From an uncultured Chthonomonas sp. (GTDB taxonomy: Bacteria > Armatimonadota > Chthonomonadetes > Chthonomonadales > CAJBBX01), in contig CAISJD010000072.1 in NCBI GenBank assembly GCA_903885605.1, positions 39 through 64,038 of the forward strand: 64,000 nucleotides of DNA, written 5' to 3'. Positions within the stretch are counted from its first letter, which is position 1, and each line of letters opens with the position of its first letter. The translations under genes and the position numbers were made by a program. The notes under the pieces are model-generated. The model was not told the DNA's origin. It saw nothing but the letters and a program-made list of their open reading frames with translations, and ran no database searches. Of the stretch, positions 21,154 through 31,577 are shown piece after piece.

Positions 21154-21181
21154 TCTGTACCCACCACGGGAGGTCCGGGCT

Positions 21182-22153
21182 GTGCCTCGCATCACGCTCC
21201 GCGATATAGCCCGCTACTGCGGCGTCGATAGGTCCACGGTGTCGCGGGCGCTTCGTGACGACCCTCTGGTTACCCCGGCCACCCGCCTGCGCGTCCTGGA
21301 CGCCGCGGACCGGCTGAACTACCGGCCGAACATCACCGCCCGGTCGCTGGCCGGCGGGCGGTCGGAGGCCCTCGGCTTCGTCGCGGGGTCCCTGGCGGCC
21401 CCGATCGACTGGCGTCTCGTGGTACACGCTACTCAGCGATCGACGGAGCGAGCATACAACCTCTTCGTCACGCTGTACGACTCAGACGATGCGCTGTACC
21501 GGAGAGCAGTCGATCGACTCGGACAGGGCCTGGCGGACGGCGCGATCGTCCTACCCCGGCGCTCGCAGTCCGACGTCGAGGTGCTGCGCGATGCCGCACT
21601 GCGCGGGTTCCCCATGGTCTTCATCGATAACTGGGTCGAGGAGTTGCCCGCGCCCGTCGTGACGACCGACAACCGCTCCGCGGCCCAGGAGCTGGTTCGG
21701 CGATGTCTTGACGCCGGCGCCGAGGAGATGGTCCTGGCGTTTCCGGCCCTGCCGAACCCGGTGGAGATGGAGCGGCTGGCGGGAGCGGAGGACGCGGCGC
21801 GGCAGGCCGGCGTGCGGCGCCTCCAGACCGTCGGGCCCGACGACGCGATCGATGGGGGTGCGTCGCAAGGTCCGATCGGCATTGTCGGCTCCTCGCAGGG
21901 GCTGCTTCACAGCCTGATGAGCCGGTCGGCCGCGCAGCTGCGGCTTCGGCGAATGACTATCGGCTGCTTTGACGCCTGGCTCGGGGAGCCGCATCCCGCG
22001 GACACCGTGATCGTCGCACTCCAGGACATCGAGGGGCTCGCGCGGGTCGCCGTTGACCGGGCCCTTGCGCTGGTCGCGGGTGAGGCGATCGAGGGACCAC
22101 GCATCGTGCGCCTGCCGGCGCTGGAGTTCCGCACCATACATCCATCGTTCTAG
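21182..22153 (+). CDS. LacI-family transcriptional regulator
   Basis: ITLRDIARYCGVDRSTVSRAL HTH, YRPNITARSL hinge, periplasmic-binding-like C-terminus. Confidence 0.92.
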   Translation: MPRITLRDIARYCGVDRSTVSRALRDDPLVTPATRLRVLDAADRLNYRPNITARSLAGGRSEALGFVAGSLAAPIDWRLVVHATQRSTERAYNLFVTLYDSDDALYRRAVDRLGQGLADGAIVLPRRSQSDVEVLRDAALRGFPMVFIDNWVEELPAPVVTTDNRSAAQELVRRCLDAGAEEMVLAFPALPNPVEMERLAGAEDAARQAGVRRLQTVGPDDAIDGGASQGPIGIVGSSQGLLHSLMSRSAAQLRLRRMTIGCFDAWLGEPHPADTVIVALQDIEGLARVAVDRALALVAGEAIEGPRIVRLPALEFRTIHPSF

Positions 22154-22199
22154 TCACGGCGAGAGGGCGTGCGCCGATGGCCCGTCCGGGGGACTGCCC

Positions 22200-23306
22200 A
22201 TGAACTCACTCCTGGTTGTGCCGGTCCTGATTGGGTGCCTGCGGATGGGCGCACCGGCGCCGCCTGACGCGCCCTCGTTCCGCTACCCATACGCGCCGTA
22301 CAACGCCGGCAAGGTCGATCCGCAGGTCAGCGGGTGGCCCCTTAGCGACCCCGAGCGCGCACACGCGCTGAAGCCGGAGCACGAGCGGCGGCCCGGCCGC
22401 GAGGCGAACCAGCACTTGCCGGCCATGTGGCCCGTCACGCCGGCCGCGGGGTTCTGGGGTGGGACGAGCTGGCTGGATACCCACGCGAACCTGGTGAAGG
22501 TCGCGCAGGCAAGCAAAGGTCCCATCGACGTCTTGCTCGTCGGCGACAGCATCACCATGCAGTGGGGCGCGGCGTGGCCGAAGCACTTCCCGACGCTGAA
22601 GACGGTCAACATCGGCATCGGCGGCGACAAGACGCAGAACGTGCTGTGGCGTCTCGACCACGGTGGCGTGGAGGGGCTGGAGCCACGGCTCATAGTCCTG
22701 CTCATCGGCAACAATAACATGTTCCTCACGCCGGAGACGGGCATCGGGCCGGCGGCGCAAGGCATCAAGCTCTGTGCGGACAACCTGCGCGCCAGGTTCC
22801 CCAGGGCGCCCGTCATCGTGGTGAAGGTGTTTCCGGCGCACGCTCCGGGCAACCCGTTCTACGAAGACATCAAGAAAGTGAACGCAGCGCTCGACAAGCT
22901 GGACCTGGAGGCCGACCCCAAGGTCAGAGTGCTGGATATCTGGGGCGACATGGTGAGCGCGGACGGCACCCTGAAGAAGGGCCTGTTCACACCGGACAAC
23001 ATCCACCTGACCCAGGACGGGGGCTACGGGCTCTATGCCGCGAAGCTGAAGCCCCTGCTTGAGGCCCTCCTGGCCGGGAAGCCCGTGCCCAGGTCGGCGC
23101 CCAGGCCCGGTCAGGCTCCATCACCTGCCGCATCACGGCCCGCACCGGCCGCCGGCCCGGTGCGCCGTTCCATGCGGCCTGGAAGCAGCGCTTCGCCCAA
23201 CGCAAGACCGTCAACCTCGGCATCGGCGGCAACCGCATGGAGAACGTCCTCTGGCGGCTGGACCACGGCGCGCTCGACGGCGCTGCCCCCAACGTCATTG
23301 TGCTGA
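22200..23306 (+). CDS. SGNH/GDSL hydrolase (first domain intact, tail frameshifted)
   Basis: LLVGDSIT, GIGGDKTQNVLWRL, LIGNNN, DNIHL; sequence after the Pro-rich linker loses similarity. Confidence 0.8.
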   Translation: MNSLLVVPVLIGCLRMGAPAPPDAPSFRYPYAPYNAGKVDPQVSGWPLSDPERAHALKPEHERRPGREANQHLPAMWPVTPAAGFWGGTSWLDTHANLVKVAQASKGPIDVLLVGDSITMQWGAAWPKHFPTLKTVNIGIGGDKTQNVLWRLDHGGVEGLEPRLIVLLIGNNNMFLTPETGIGPAAQGIKLCADNLRARFPRAPVIVVKVFPAHAPGNPFYEDIKKVNAALDKLDLEADPKVRVLDIWGDMVSADGTLKKGLFTPDNIHLTQDGGYGLYAAKLKPLLEALLAGKPVPRSAPRPGQAPSPAASRPAPAAGPVRRSMRPGSSASPNARPSTSASAATAWRTSSGGWTTARSTALPPTSLC

Positions 23307-23776
23307 TGATCGGCGTGAACAACGCCCCGCTGGTCTTCGCCAACGGCGCTCCCGCTGCAACAGCCGCCCACGCCATCAAGCTCTGCCGTGAGAACCTCCG
23401 ACTGCGCTGTTCCGGGTCGCAGATCGTCCTGGTGAAGATCCTGCCGGCCTTGGACCCGGCCAAGGAAGCCGGGAAGGCGGTGGTGGACATCAACACCGTC
23501 CTCGACAGGCTCAACTTGGACCGCGACCCGCAGGTGCAGGTGCTTGATCTCTGGGCCGACCTCGCCAACCCCGACAACACGCTGAAGACCGCCCTCTACT
23601 CCGACGGCCACCTGCATCTCGGTCCGGCCGGCTACGAGGCGCTCGCGAGCCGGCGGCCCGGTTCCGCTGTGGCCGGACCCTTTGCGGCACTGCGGAGCGG
23701 GAGGAACGCCATCTTCTTCTCGGCAGGATGCTCCGTCCGGCAGTTCTGCCGGGAGACCATGCCGCACCCGCCGTAG
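23165..23776 (+). pseudogene. Out-of-frame second SGNH domain lacking the catalytic GDS block
   Basis: Frame of ORF 23237 reads AAWKQRFAQRKTVNLGIGGNRMENVLWRLDHG...DGHLHL, paralogous to the first domain but with no GDS motif. Confidence 0.7.
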
Positions 23777-23793
23777 TGGCGCGGGCCCGTGAC

Positions 23794-23866
23794 GGAGTGA
23801 GCCTCCCGCACAGGCCTACCGCCCCGGCGTGATAGTGTAGCTTCGTCCGCGCTGCGTGGCGAAGCG
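23794..23866. repeat. Direct repeat B1: orphan copy of the GH95 gene 3' end
   Basis: 73 bp, 6 mismatches to 25626-25698; minus strand encodes RFATQRGRSYTITPGR* versus GH95 RFATRRGRSYIITPGR*. Confidence 0.95.
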
Positions 23867-23963
23867 CCGCGCGCAGGGGTAAAGTAGGGCGCGCCGGCCG
23901 GCGGGAAGCCAGCTGTACGCCCTCCGCGGGCGGCGCCCGTGCGGCTCGGACATGGAGATCATC

Positions 23964-25070
23964 GTGATTACGCATTTGTACGTCAATAATTTCCGATGCC
24001 TCGTGGCGTTCGAGGCGAAGCTCGGGCCCTTCGGTGTGCTGTGCGGGCCCAACGGCGCCGGCAAGAGTTCGGTCTTCGATGCCGTGGCCATTATCCGCGA
24101 CCTTGCCGTCGCCGAGGCCACGGTGGACCAGGCCTTCAGGTTCGACGATCACACGCGCTGGCTCTCCGGCGATACCATTGAGTTTGAGATCGGCCTACGT
24201 GACGATAGGCTTGAGTTCATGTACAGGCTCCATGTACAACAGACCCACGAGACCGTCAAGCCGAGGATTGTCCTGGAAGAGGCCCTATGCGACGGACGGA
24301 CGCTCTTCGCCCGGGACCTGGACGGCGTCCGGTTCGTAAAGGCCTCTGGTGCGGAATCCGGGTTCCCGCTGGACTGGCGCCAGGCTGCGATCGGAGCCAT
24401 CCAGCCCGCGGCCGACCGCCGCGAGATCGAGGCGCTCCAGGGGCTTCTGGCGAACCTGCTTGTGCTACGTCCGAACCCCATGGCCATGGAGGCCGAGGCC
24501 GAGAGCCGCCAGGAGCGGCAGCGGCCGGCCGTCCACCTCGGCGACATCGTCTCGTGGTACCGGTACCTGGCGCTGGATCAGGACCGAACCGACCATCTGC
24601 GCGAACTCCTGGCAGGCGTCTGGCCGGACTTTCGCTCCTTCGGGCTGGTCAGCACCGGCCTGCAGGCCAAGGCCCTGCAGCTCAAGTTTGACGGAGCAGA
24701 CCGCCAGGAAGCGGGCACGCTCTTCTTCCACCAGTTGTCCGCCGGCGAGAAGATGCTCGTGGGCCTCTACATGGTGCGGACGGCGCTGGCCACGGGCCTC
24801 ACACAGACAGTGCTCATCGACGAGCCCGACAACTTCGTGGGCCTGCCGGAACTCCAGCCCTGGGTCACGAGCACGATGGAACTCCTTGGGGATCGGCGCC
24901 AAGCCATCATGATCTCACACCATCCGGAGATACTGTCCCTCGCTGGTGAGCAGTTCGGAAGGTACCTCTGGCGCGACAACCACACCGCTCCCACCCGAAT
25001 CGGGCCGCTGCGCACTCCGCCGGAGCTATCCATCGGCGAGGCCGTGACGCGAGGATGGGTCAATGCCTAG
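23964..25070 (+). CDS. ABC-type AAA_21/AbiEii-like ATPase
   Basis: ITHLYVNNFRCL, GPNGAGKS, LSAGE, LIDEPDNF, ISHH; GTG 23964 has a GGAG RBS (alternative ATG 23952). Confidence 0.9.
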   Translation: MITHLYVNNFRCLVAFEAKLGPFGVLCGPNGAGKSSVFDAVAIIRDLAVAEATVDQAFRFDDHTRWLSGDTIEFEIGLRDDRLEFMYRLHVQQTHETVKPRIVLEEALCDGRTLFARDLDGVRFVKASGAESGFPLDWRQAAIGAIQPAADRREIEALQGLLANLLVLRPNPMAMEAEAESRQERQRPAVHLGDIVSWYRYLALDQDRTDHLRELLAGVWPDFRSFGLVSTGLQAKALQLKFDGADRQEAGTLFFHQLSAGEKMLVGLYMVRTALATGLTQTVLIDEPDNFVGLPELQPWVTSTMELLGDRRQAIMISHHPEILSLAGEQFGRYLWRDNHTAPTRIGPLRTPPELSIGEAVTRGWVNA

Positions 25071-25632
25071 GCGGACCCAGATCGTCTGCCTCCACGAAGG
25101 CGTGGCAGGGCGGAGCATCGACCCGGTCTTCTACCTCCGGCTGGTACAGGTCCTCGACCCCAAATGGGTTCGGCCCTGGACCGGCAGGAACGCAGTGCGC
25201 ATGGTGAACGGTAACGGCAGGAAGGACCTCATGGCGCAGACGCCGGGCCAGATCCAAGCCTGCCGAGCCACCGGCGGGCTGACGACGCTGGTGGTATGCG
25301 GCGATCTTGACGACGACATGCCCGACGGCGAAACGCTTCGCAAGGAGTTCTGGATCACCTGCAATGCCGCGGGCATCAGCAGGGCCGACTTCGAGACGGT
25401 CGTCTTCATCTTCGCCAAGGATCGGCTCGAGAACTGGATCGAGTTTCTGCTTACCGGCTCCACGGACGAAGGCCGCGAGGGGCCGCGCGTCGCCGACCTG
25501 GAACGCGTTGCCCTGGCAGCCCAGGCGCTCGGGCAACGCTGTAACGCTGCGGGCGCCGGGCCCCCGATGCCGCCGTCGCTGGAGTGGTCGTGCGCCAACT
25601 GGCGCGCCCTGGTGGAGCGGATGAAGGAGTGA
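25063..25632 (+). CDS. TOPRIM-like partner of ABC ATPase (DUF4276-like)
   Basis: IVCLHEG, VVCGDLDDD, RLENWIE motifs; overlaps the ATPase stop. Confidence 0.7.
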   Translation: MPRRTQIVCLHEGVAGRSIDPVFYLRLVQVLDPKWVRPWTGRNAVRMVNGNGRKDLMAQTPGQIQACRATGGLTTLVVCGDLDDDMPDGETLRKEFWITCNAAGISRADFETVVFIFAKDRLENWIEFLLTGSTDEGREGPRVADLERVALAAQALGQRCNAAGAGPPMPPSLEWSCANWRALVERMKE

Positions 25633-25698
25633 GCCTCCCGCACAGGCCTACCGCCCGGGCGTGATGATGTAGCTACGGCCGCGCCGCGTGGCGAAGCG
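25626..25698. repeat. Direct repeat B2: functional GH95 3' end plus stop of the TOPRIM-like gene
   Basis: See B1. Confidence 0.95.
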
Positions 25699-28326
25699 GA
25701 GCAGGCCGCCTGCCGCCGTGGCGCGAACGCGCTCACCCTCCAGTGTACTCACAGCCGCGCCGACCGGACCGCCCGGAAGGCGCAGAACCGCCTCGCCGCC
25801 CAGCGTGGAGCGCAGCGTGGCCGATAGGAGCTTCCTTCCCCGCCACTCGGCCCCGACCTCGAAGCCGCCACGGGCGCGCAGGCCCGCGAAGGAGCCCTCG
25901 GGCCAGGCCGCGGGCAGCGCCGGCAGGATGCCGATCTCGTGGGTGATGGAGCCGGGCAGGGCGCCGGGAGCCCGCACGTGCGACTGCAGGAGCATCTCGC
26001 CCATGCCACCCACAATGCCGAAGTTGCCGTCCATCTGGAAGGGCGGGTGGACCGTGAAGAGGTTCTCCATGGTGTTGTAGCGCAGGAGGCTCGCCACCAT
26101 TTCGTGCGCCTTCTCCGGCCGGCCCAGCCGCGCCCAGAAGGCGGTGCGCCAGGGCCACGTCCACGACCTGCGCGAGTCGCCCGTGGTGGCGCGGCCCTCC
26201 AGCGAGACGATAGCCGCCTTCGCCCACTCCGGCGTGGCGCTGAGGCTGATCTGCCTGCCCGGGTAGACGGCAAAGAGGTGCGACGTGTGGCGGTGGTCGC
26301 TCTTCTCCAGCTCGGGGCGCTCGGTGGTCCACTCCATGATCTGCCCCCACGAGCCCACCTGCGGCCCCAGCAGCCGGTCGCGTGCGGCGGCCACGCGGTT
26401 GCGGAACTCGCGATCGGCTCCCAGGGCATCGGCGGCGTGGATCGTATGGCTGAAGAGGTCCCAGACGATCTGCTGGTCGTGGGCCACGCCGTCCTCGCGG
26501 GGGCCATGCTCCGGCGACCAGCCCATGGGAGCCACGAGCTTGCCGTTTCGCTCCACCAGGTGGTGCAGCCAGAACTCGCTCACGTCGCGCAGGATGGGCC
26601 ACGCCGACGCGCGCAGGAAGGCCCGGTCGCCGGTGAACTCATAGTGGTCCATGAAGTGCTGTGCCAGCCAGGCCGAGGCGGGCAGGTTCCACTCCCAACC
26701 GTTGCCGCCGTAGGCGTTGACGCTGGTGCGCATGGTCCAGCCCGGCGTCTCTTTGCCGAACGAGGCCAGCGTCGCCTCGCGGCTCGCCGGAGCCATGGCC
26801 TCCACCCATCGGAGCAGCGGCAGGGCGCACTCGCTCAGGTTGCCGGGTTCGGCGCCCCAGTAGTTCATCTGCAGGTTGATGTTGGTGTGGTAGTCGGCGA
26901 ACCAGGCGGGCTGGAGCCCATCGGCCCAGAGCCCCTGCAGGTTGGCCGGGAGCGCGGTGCGGGAGCAGGAGAGGAGCAGGTAGCGCCCGTACTGGAAGAG
27001 CGTCGCCTCCAGGTCGTCGTCGGGCTTGCCGGCGGCGTAGGACTTCAGCCGCGCATGCGTGTCCAGCCCCGCCGGCGGGACGCCGAGGTCCAGCTTCACC
27101 CGCCCGAAGAGCGCGGCGTGGGCGCGGACGTGGTCGGCGCGAAGCTGCTCGTAGGGCAGTCGGGCGGCGGCGGCCACGCGGCGCGAGGCGGCCCCGGCCG
27201 GCTCCTTGCCCGAGCGGAAGCCGACGGCGGGGTCCAGAGCGTAGTCGGTGCCGCAGCCGAGGATGAGCGTCAGGCCGTCGCAGCCCTGGTACCGCAGGGC
27301 GCCGGCGGCGGCCGTCACGGTTCCGCCCTGTGCCACGGCCCGCAGCCGCGCGGCGTAGCGCAGGCCGTTCTCCAGAGCGCCGGCGAAGGTCAGCGTGGCG
27401 GCGGCGGCGCGCGTGGCCGATTTCCGGGCATCGGCCAGTCGAACCACGCCGCCGAGCTTGCCCGGCTGGTCTGCCGTGAGTCGAACTACGATGGCCTGGC
27501 CCGGACCGGAGGCGAACGCCTCGCGGGTGTAGGCGACGCCGCCCTCGGTCCAAGAGGTCCGCACGACGCCTGTGCCGAGGTCAAGCACGCGCTGGTAGCC
27601 CGCCGGAACCTGGTCGGCGGAGACGCCCTCCAGCGCGATCTCTGCGATCTGGAAGTGCGTGGCGTCGGACGCGGGCTGGAAGACGAGGCGGTAGTGACGG
27701 TAGCCGCGCTGGTTGCCGAATGCGAAGCGGCGCGTCTCGTGCCGGGCGGCGAAGGGCGGCTCGTTGTCGTGCCAGTCCAGCGGGGTCCAGAGCTGGCCGT
27801 CATCGGAACCGTCGAGACGCCAGGTGCGGGGGTCGCGCAGGGGCATATCGTCGGCGGAGGTGAGGCTGTAGGCGGCCACCACCCGCTGCTGCGGCAGGTC
27901 GACCTGCCAGATGAGCGGCTTGCCTTCGTGGATGACACACCACTTGGTGCCCGGGTCGCCGTCCATGGTGGCGGTGATCGGGTTGCCCTCGTGGTCGGGC
28001 GCATGGCCGCTGGCGCAGGTCAGCCGCGGGCCGCCGCCGGACGCGGTCTCGATGGTCAGGTCGCCGAAGCTCTGGTAGGTGCCGAACGTCTTCACGTCAT
28101 AGGCGCCCGAGGGGTTCTTCCCGCCGGACCAGAGCGTGATGTCGTTGAACTGAATCCGCTCCGTGTCGGTCCGCCCGAAGACCATGGCGCCGATCCGCCC
28201 GTTGCCGATGGGCAGCGCCTCGCGGTCCCAAGCGCGGGCCGGTCGGCTGAAACGTATCTCCGGCGAGGCGATCGCGGCCCCTGCCAGCACCATCACGGCC
28301 ACGATGGCCGGCGCCCATTGCATCAT
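25648..28326 (-). CDS. GH95 alpha-L-fucosidase with inserted F5/8-type module
   Basis: EALPIGNGRIGAM, FQYGRYLL, PANLQGLW, YHTNINLQMNYW, HRHTSHL, PFQMDGNFG, GLRARGGF; GGAGG RBS before ATG 28326. Confidence 0.92.
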   Translation of the reverse strand: MMQWAPAIVAVMVLAGAAIASPEIRFSRPARAWDREALPIGNGRIGAMVFGRTDTERIQFNDITLWSGGKNPSGAYDVKTFGTYQSFGDLTIETASGGGPRLTCASGHAPDHEGNPITATMDGDPGTKWCVIHEGKPLIWQVDLPQQRVVAAYSLTSADDMPLRDPRTWRLDGSDDGQLWTPLDWHDNEPPFAARHETRRFAFGNQRGYRHYRLVFQPASDATHFQIAEIALEGVSADQVPAGYQRVLDLGTGVVRTSWTEGGVAYTREAFASGPGQAIVVRLTADQPGKLGGVVRLADARKSATRAAAATLTFAGALENGLRYAARLRAVAQGGTVTAAAGALRYQGCDGLTLILGCGTDYALDPAVGFRSGKEPAGAASRRVAAAARLPYEQLRADHVRAHAALFGRVKLDLGVPPAGLDTHARLKSYAAGKPDDDLEATLFQYGRYLLLSCSRTALPANLQGLWADGLQPAWFADYHTNINLQMNYWGAEPGNLSECALPLLRWVEAMAPASREATLASFGKETPGWTMRTSVNAYGGNGWEWNLPASAWLAQHFMDHYEFTGDRAFLRASAWPILRDVSEFWLHHLVERNGKLVAPMGWSPEHGPREDGVAHDQQIVWDLFSHTIHAADALGADREFRNRVAAARDRLLGPQVGSWGQIMEWTTERPELEKSDHRHTSHLFAVYPGRQISLSATPEWAKAAIVSLEGRATTGDSRRSWTWPWRTAFWARLGRPEKAHEMVASLLRYNTMENLFTVHPPFQMDGNFGIVGGMGEMLLQSHVRAPGALPGSITHEIGILPALPAAWPEGSFAGLRARGGFEVGAEWRGRKLLSATLRSTLGGEAVLRLPGGPVGAAVSTLEGERVRATAAGGLLRFATRRGRSYIITPGR

Positions 28327-28484
28327 CCAAGCACCTCCGCGGCGCGGCCGGGGCATCCCATCGCCGGCGCGCTCCCTCCACGTTACCCCAGACAGGCAGG
28401 GCGAAGGAGCCGAGCGCCTGGTGCGGTAGCATGATCGGTACATTGACCGCCGCAAGCATCCGCACGGAGCCGGGGAGGATTGGC

Positions 28485-31400
28485 ATGGAGCTTCGCGTAG
28501 CCCTGTTCGTGATCGGCGCCCTGATGGCCTCCGCCGCCGGGGCGGCCCTGCCCTCGCCCGCGGCAGCGCGTGCGCCGATCCGCGCCTTCTGCATCGACTT
28601 CAACTGGGGCGAAGGGGGCGTGGGCGGCTTCGCCAAGCCGGGGCTTTGGGCCGATGCCTCGCCGGCCGACCATGTGGCCTGGTACAAGGCGCTGGGCTGC
28701 GACACCATCCAGACCTTCGCGGTCTCCTGCAACGGCTACGCCTGGTACAAGGGCGGCAAGGTGCCCGCGCAGCCGGGCCTTCTGCACGACTTCCTGCCCG
28801 AGACGGTGCGCCTGGGCCACCGGCGCGGCATGAAGGTGATGGGTTACTTCTGCGCGGCGGCCAACATCCGCTGGTCGCAGGAGCACCCCGAACTGAGCTA
28901 CGGTGCGCAGGGCGACCAGTGCATCCCCTTCACCGACGCCTACCTCGCGTACCTTAAGGAAGCCGTGGAGGAGGGGCTGCGGCTGGGCAAGATGGACGGC
29001 TTCATGGTCGACTGGCTCTTCTGCCCCAGCGATGGCGCCCGGCAGCATGCGACGGGCGGCAAGGGGCTGGCATGTGAGCGCGACCTCTTCGAGAAGCTCC
29101 TCTCGAAGCGCTTCCCCGGCGAGTCCGCGCTGACCGCCGATGATCGCGCCGCCTACGAGAGCCGCGCCGTGGAGCGCTGCTGGCGCGTGATCCACGACAC
29201 CGCGAAACGCGTGAAGCGGGACTGCACGATCTGGCTCTCCTGCCACAACCCGCGCACGCCAGGCCTCGTGGGCAACAGCGTCCTGAAGGAGGTCGATTGG
29301 TTCATGGAGGAGGGAGGGCGGCCCGGCGAGCTGCAGGCCATCGCGCCACGCTTCGGTCCCCAGACGCGGCCGCTCCTCTGCCTGGTCGGCTGGGGTGACG
29401 GCCATGATGCCGCGGAGACGCTATCGGACCCCGCCAACCGCGCCTACGGCATCTACGGCTTCGCGAAGCCCGACGGCTCCTCCCTGCCGCGGCCGGTGGC
29501 GCTCTATCGATCCAAGCCCTCGGCCGCCTTCTCGGGCAACGACCGCAACATCGCCGTCCTCGCCCGCTGGTTCAACGGACGTCCGCTGGACGAGGTGCGG
29601 CCCCTGCGCGCGCCCCTCGCCCGGCCCAGCGCCGCCCAGTACGCATGGCACGAACAGGAGCGCCTCCTCTTCGTCTGCCTCGGCGTGGCCACGTGGCTCG
29701 GCACGGAGTACGACACCGACGGCAAGTTCGACCTGACCAGGATGGACCCCAGCCGGTTCGACGCCGACGAGGTCTGCCGAGCTGCCGAGGCCTGGGGAGC
29801 CAGGGAGGTGCTGCTGGTCGCCAGCCACGTGGGCGGCTTCTGCTGGTGGCCCTCCACGACCACCGAGTACTGCGTGCGCAACATCGCCTGGCGCGGCGGC
29901 AAGGGCAACCTGGTGAAGGAGGTGGCTGACGCCTGCCGCAGGCACGGGCTGAGCATCGGCATCTACCTCTACCCGGACGACGTGCGCTTCACCAAGTCCA
30001 TCGGCGCCGGCGGCAAGACCGACGATCCCGCCAGGCAGGCGGAGTGGACACGCCTCTTCCGCACCCAGTGGGAAGAGGTGCTGGGCTTCTGCGGTCCCGA
30101 CCTGGTGCGCGAGGTCTGGCTGGACGGCGGCTCGATCATCGACCTGTCGGACATCCTGAAGCGCCTGGCGCCCAATGCCGTGGTCTTCCAGGGCCGGAAC
30201 GCCTCGATCCGCTGGGTGGGCAACGAGGCGGGCGTCTCCCGCGACCCGAACTGGAACAGCCTGCGGCGCGCCGACCTGGCCTCCGGCGGGGCATCGCAGG
30301 AGCAGAGCGACCCCGACGGCGACGCCTGGGCCCCGGTGGAGTGCGACACGCCGCTCTACGACCACAACTGGTTCTGGAACCCCGGCAACGAGCGGAAGCG
30401 CAAGAGCACGGAGAAGCTGCTGGACCTCTACGTGCAGTCGGCCGGGCGCGGCTCCGTGCTGCTGCTCAACGCCACGCCGAACACCTCGGGCCGCATCCCT
30501 GACGGCGATATGGCTCGCTACACCGAGCTCGGCCAGGCTATCGAGCGCAACTTCGGCCACCCCGTGGCGGCCGTGAAGTCCGTCAGGGGACGCACCGCGA
30601 CCCTCGAGCTGGGCGGACCGAAGCAGGTGAACTGCGTCGACCTCTGGGAGGAGTACCGCGAGGGGCACCGCATCCGCGCCTACACGGTGGAGGGGCGCGC
30701 GGGCGGCAAGTGGCAGAGGCTGGCCTCGGGCACGGCCGTGGGACGGAGGAAGGTCGACCTCTTCGCGCCCGTCACGGTCGACATGATTCGCGTGCGCATC
30801 ACCGAAGCCGTCGGTACACCGACCCTCCGGCTGCTGCAGGCCCACCGCGTCGATGAGCGGCTGGCGCAGGCGCACCAGACGCCGCTGAGCCAGGGCTGCG
30901 CCGCCACGGCCTCGACCAGCCACAGCGCGCCCTACGAGCCGAAGTACCTGGTCGATGGCGACACGGGCAGCCGCTGGGGCTCCATCGACGGCGATCCCGA
31001 TCCGTGGGCGGAGATCGACCTGGGCCGCCCGCGCAAGTTCGCACGGGCCCGCATCATGGAGCTGGCGGACCGCGTGCAGGCCTTCACCATCGAGACGCGG
31101 AGTGCACCGGACCAGCCGTGGCGCACCGTGCAACCCGGCTCCACCATCGGGGCGGACTGGCAGGCCGACTTCGAGCGCGTCACGGGCCGGTACGTCCGCT
31201 TCCACATCCTCAAGTACACCGGACCGGGCCCAACGCTCTGGGAGTTCCAGATCTTCGACCGGCCCGAGGCATGGGAGACGGCCGGCCAGTGGCGCGGCGC
31301 CGAAGCGACCGTCGACCTCTCCGCCGTCGTCACCGAGGCGGGGCAGTACGACGTGCAGTTTGTGGGCGCCGACGGCAAGCCCGTGCCCATCACCGAGGCA

Positions 31401-31577
31401 AAGGCCATCCTGGAGCGGCGCCCGGCAGCGTCAGGCGTCGTAACAGGGGCCGGAACCGACACGGTCACGCTGAACCGAACGCAAGCCATCGGCCCCGGCG
31501 CATCGACGGCGATCCAGGTGCGGCTCAAGGCCGACGCGGGAACGGAGGGCGTGGTGAAGGTCCGAGCACGGGGGTAG
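28485..31577 (+). CDS. Multidomain alpha-L-fucosidase (GH29) with an extra N-terminal GH-like barrel and F5/8 domains
   Basis: Second half HVGGFCWWPS, EVWLDGG, IRWVGNEAG, SAGRGSVLLLN; first half CNGYAWY, GMKVMGYF, GFMVDW; C-terminal VDGDTGSRW discoidin. Confidence 0.8.
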   Translation: MELRVALFVIGALMASAAGAALPSPAAARAPIRAFCIDFNWGEGGVGGFAKPGLWADASPADHVAWYKALGCDTIQTFAVSCNGYAWYKGGKVPAQPGLLHDFLPETVRLGHRRGMKVMGYFCAAANIRWSQEHPELSYGAQGDQCIPFTDAYLAYLKEAVEEGLRLGKMDGFMVDWLFCPSDGARQHATGGKGLACERDLFEKLLSKRFPGESALTADDRAAYESRAVERCWRVIHDTAKRVKRDCTIWLSCHNPRTPGLVGNSVLKEVDWFMEEGGRPGELQAIAPRFGPQTRPLLCLVGWGDGHDAAETLSDPANRAYGIYGFAKPDGSSLPRPVALYRSKPSAAFSGNDRNIAVLARWFNGRPLDEVRPLRAPLARPSAAQYAWHEQERLLFVCLGVATWLGTEYDTDGKFDLTRMDPSRFDADEVCRAAEAWGAREVLLVASHVGGFCWWPSTTTEYCVRNIAWRGGKGNLVKEVADACRRHGLSIGIYLYPDDVRFTKSIGAGGKTDDPARQAEWTRLFRTQWEEVLGFCGPDLVREVWLDGGSIIDLSDILKRLAPNAVVFQGRNASIRWVGNEAGVSRDPNWNSLRRADLASGGASQEQSDPDGDAWAPVECDTPLYDHNWFWNPGNERKRKSTEKLLDLYVQSAGRGSVLLLNATPNTSGRIPDGDMARYTELGQAIERNFGHPVAAVKSVRGRTATLELGGPKQVNCVDLWEEYREGHRIRAYTVEGRAGGKWQRLASGTAVGRRKVDLFAPVTVDMIRVRITEAVGTPTLRLLQAHRVDERLAQAHQTPLSQGCAATASTSHSAPYEPKYLVDGDTGSRWGSIDGDPDPWAEIDLGRPRKFARARIMELADRVQAFTIETRSAPDQPWRTVQPGSTIGADWQADFERVTGRYVRFHILKYTGPGPTLWEFQIFDRPEAWETAGQWRGAEATVDLSAVVTEAGQYDVQFVGADGKPVPITEAKAILERRPAASGVVTGAGTDTVTLNRTQAIGPGASTAIQVRLKADAGTEGVVKVRARG

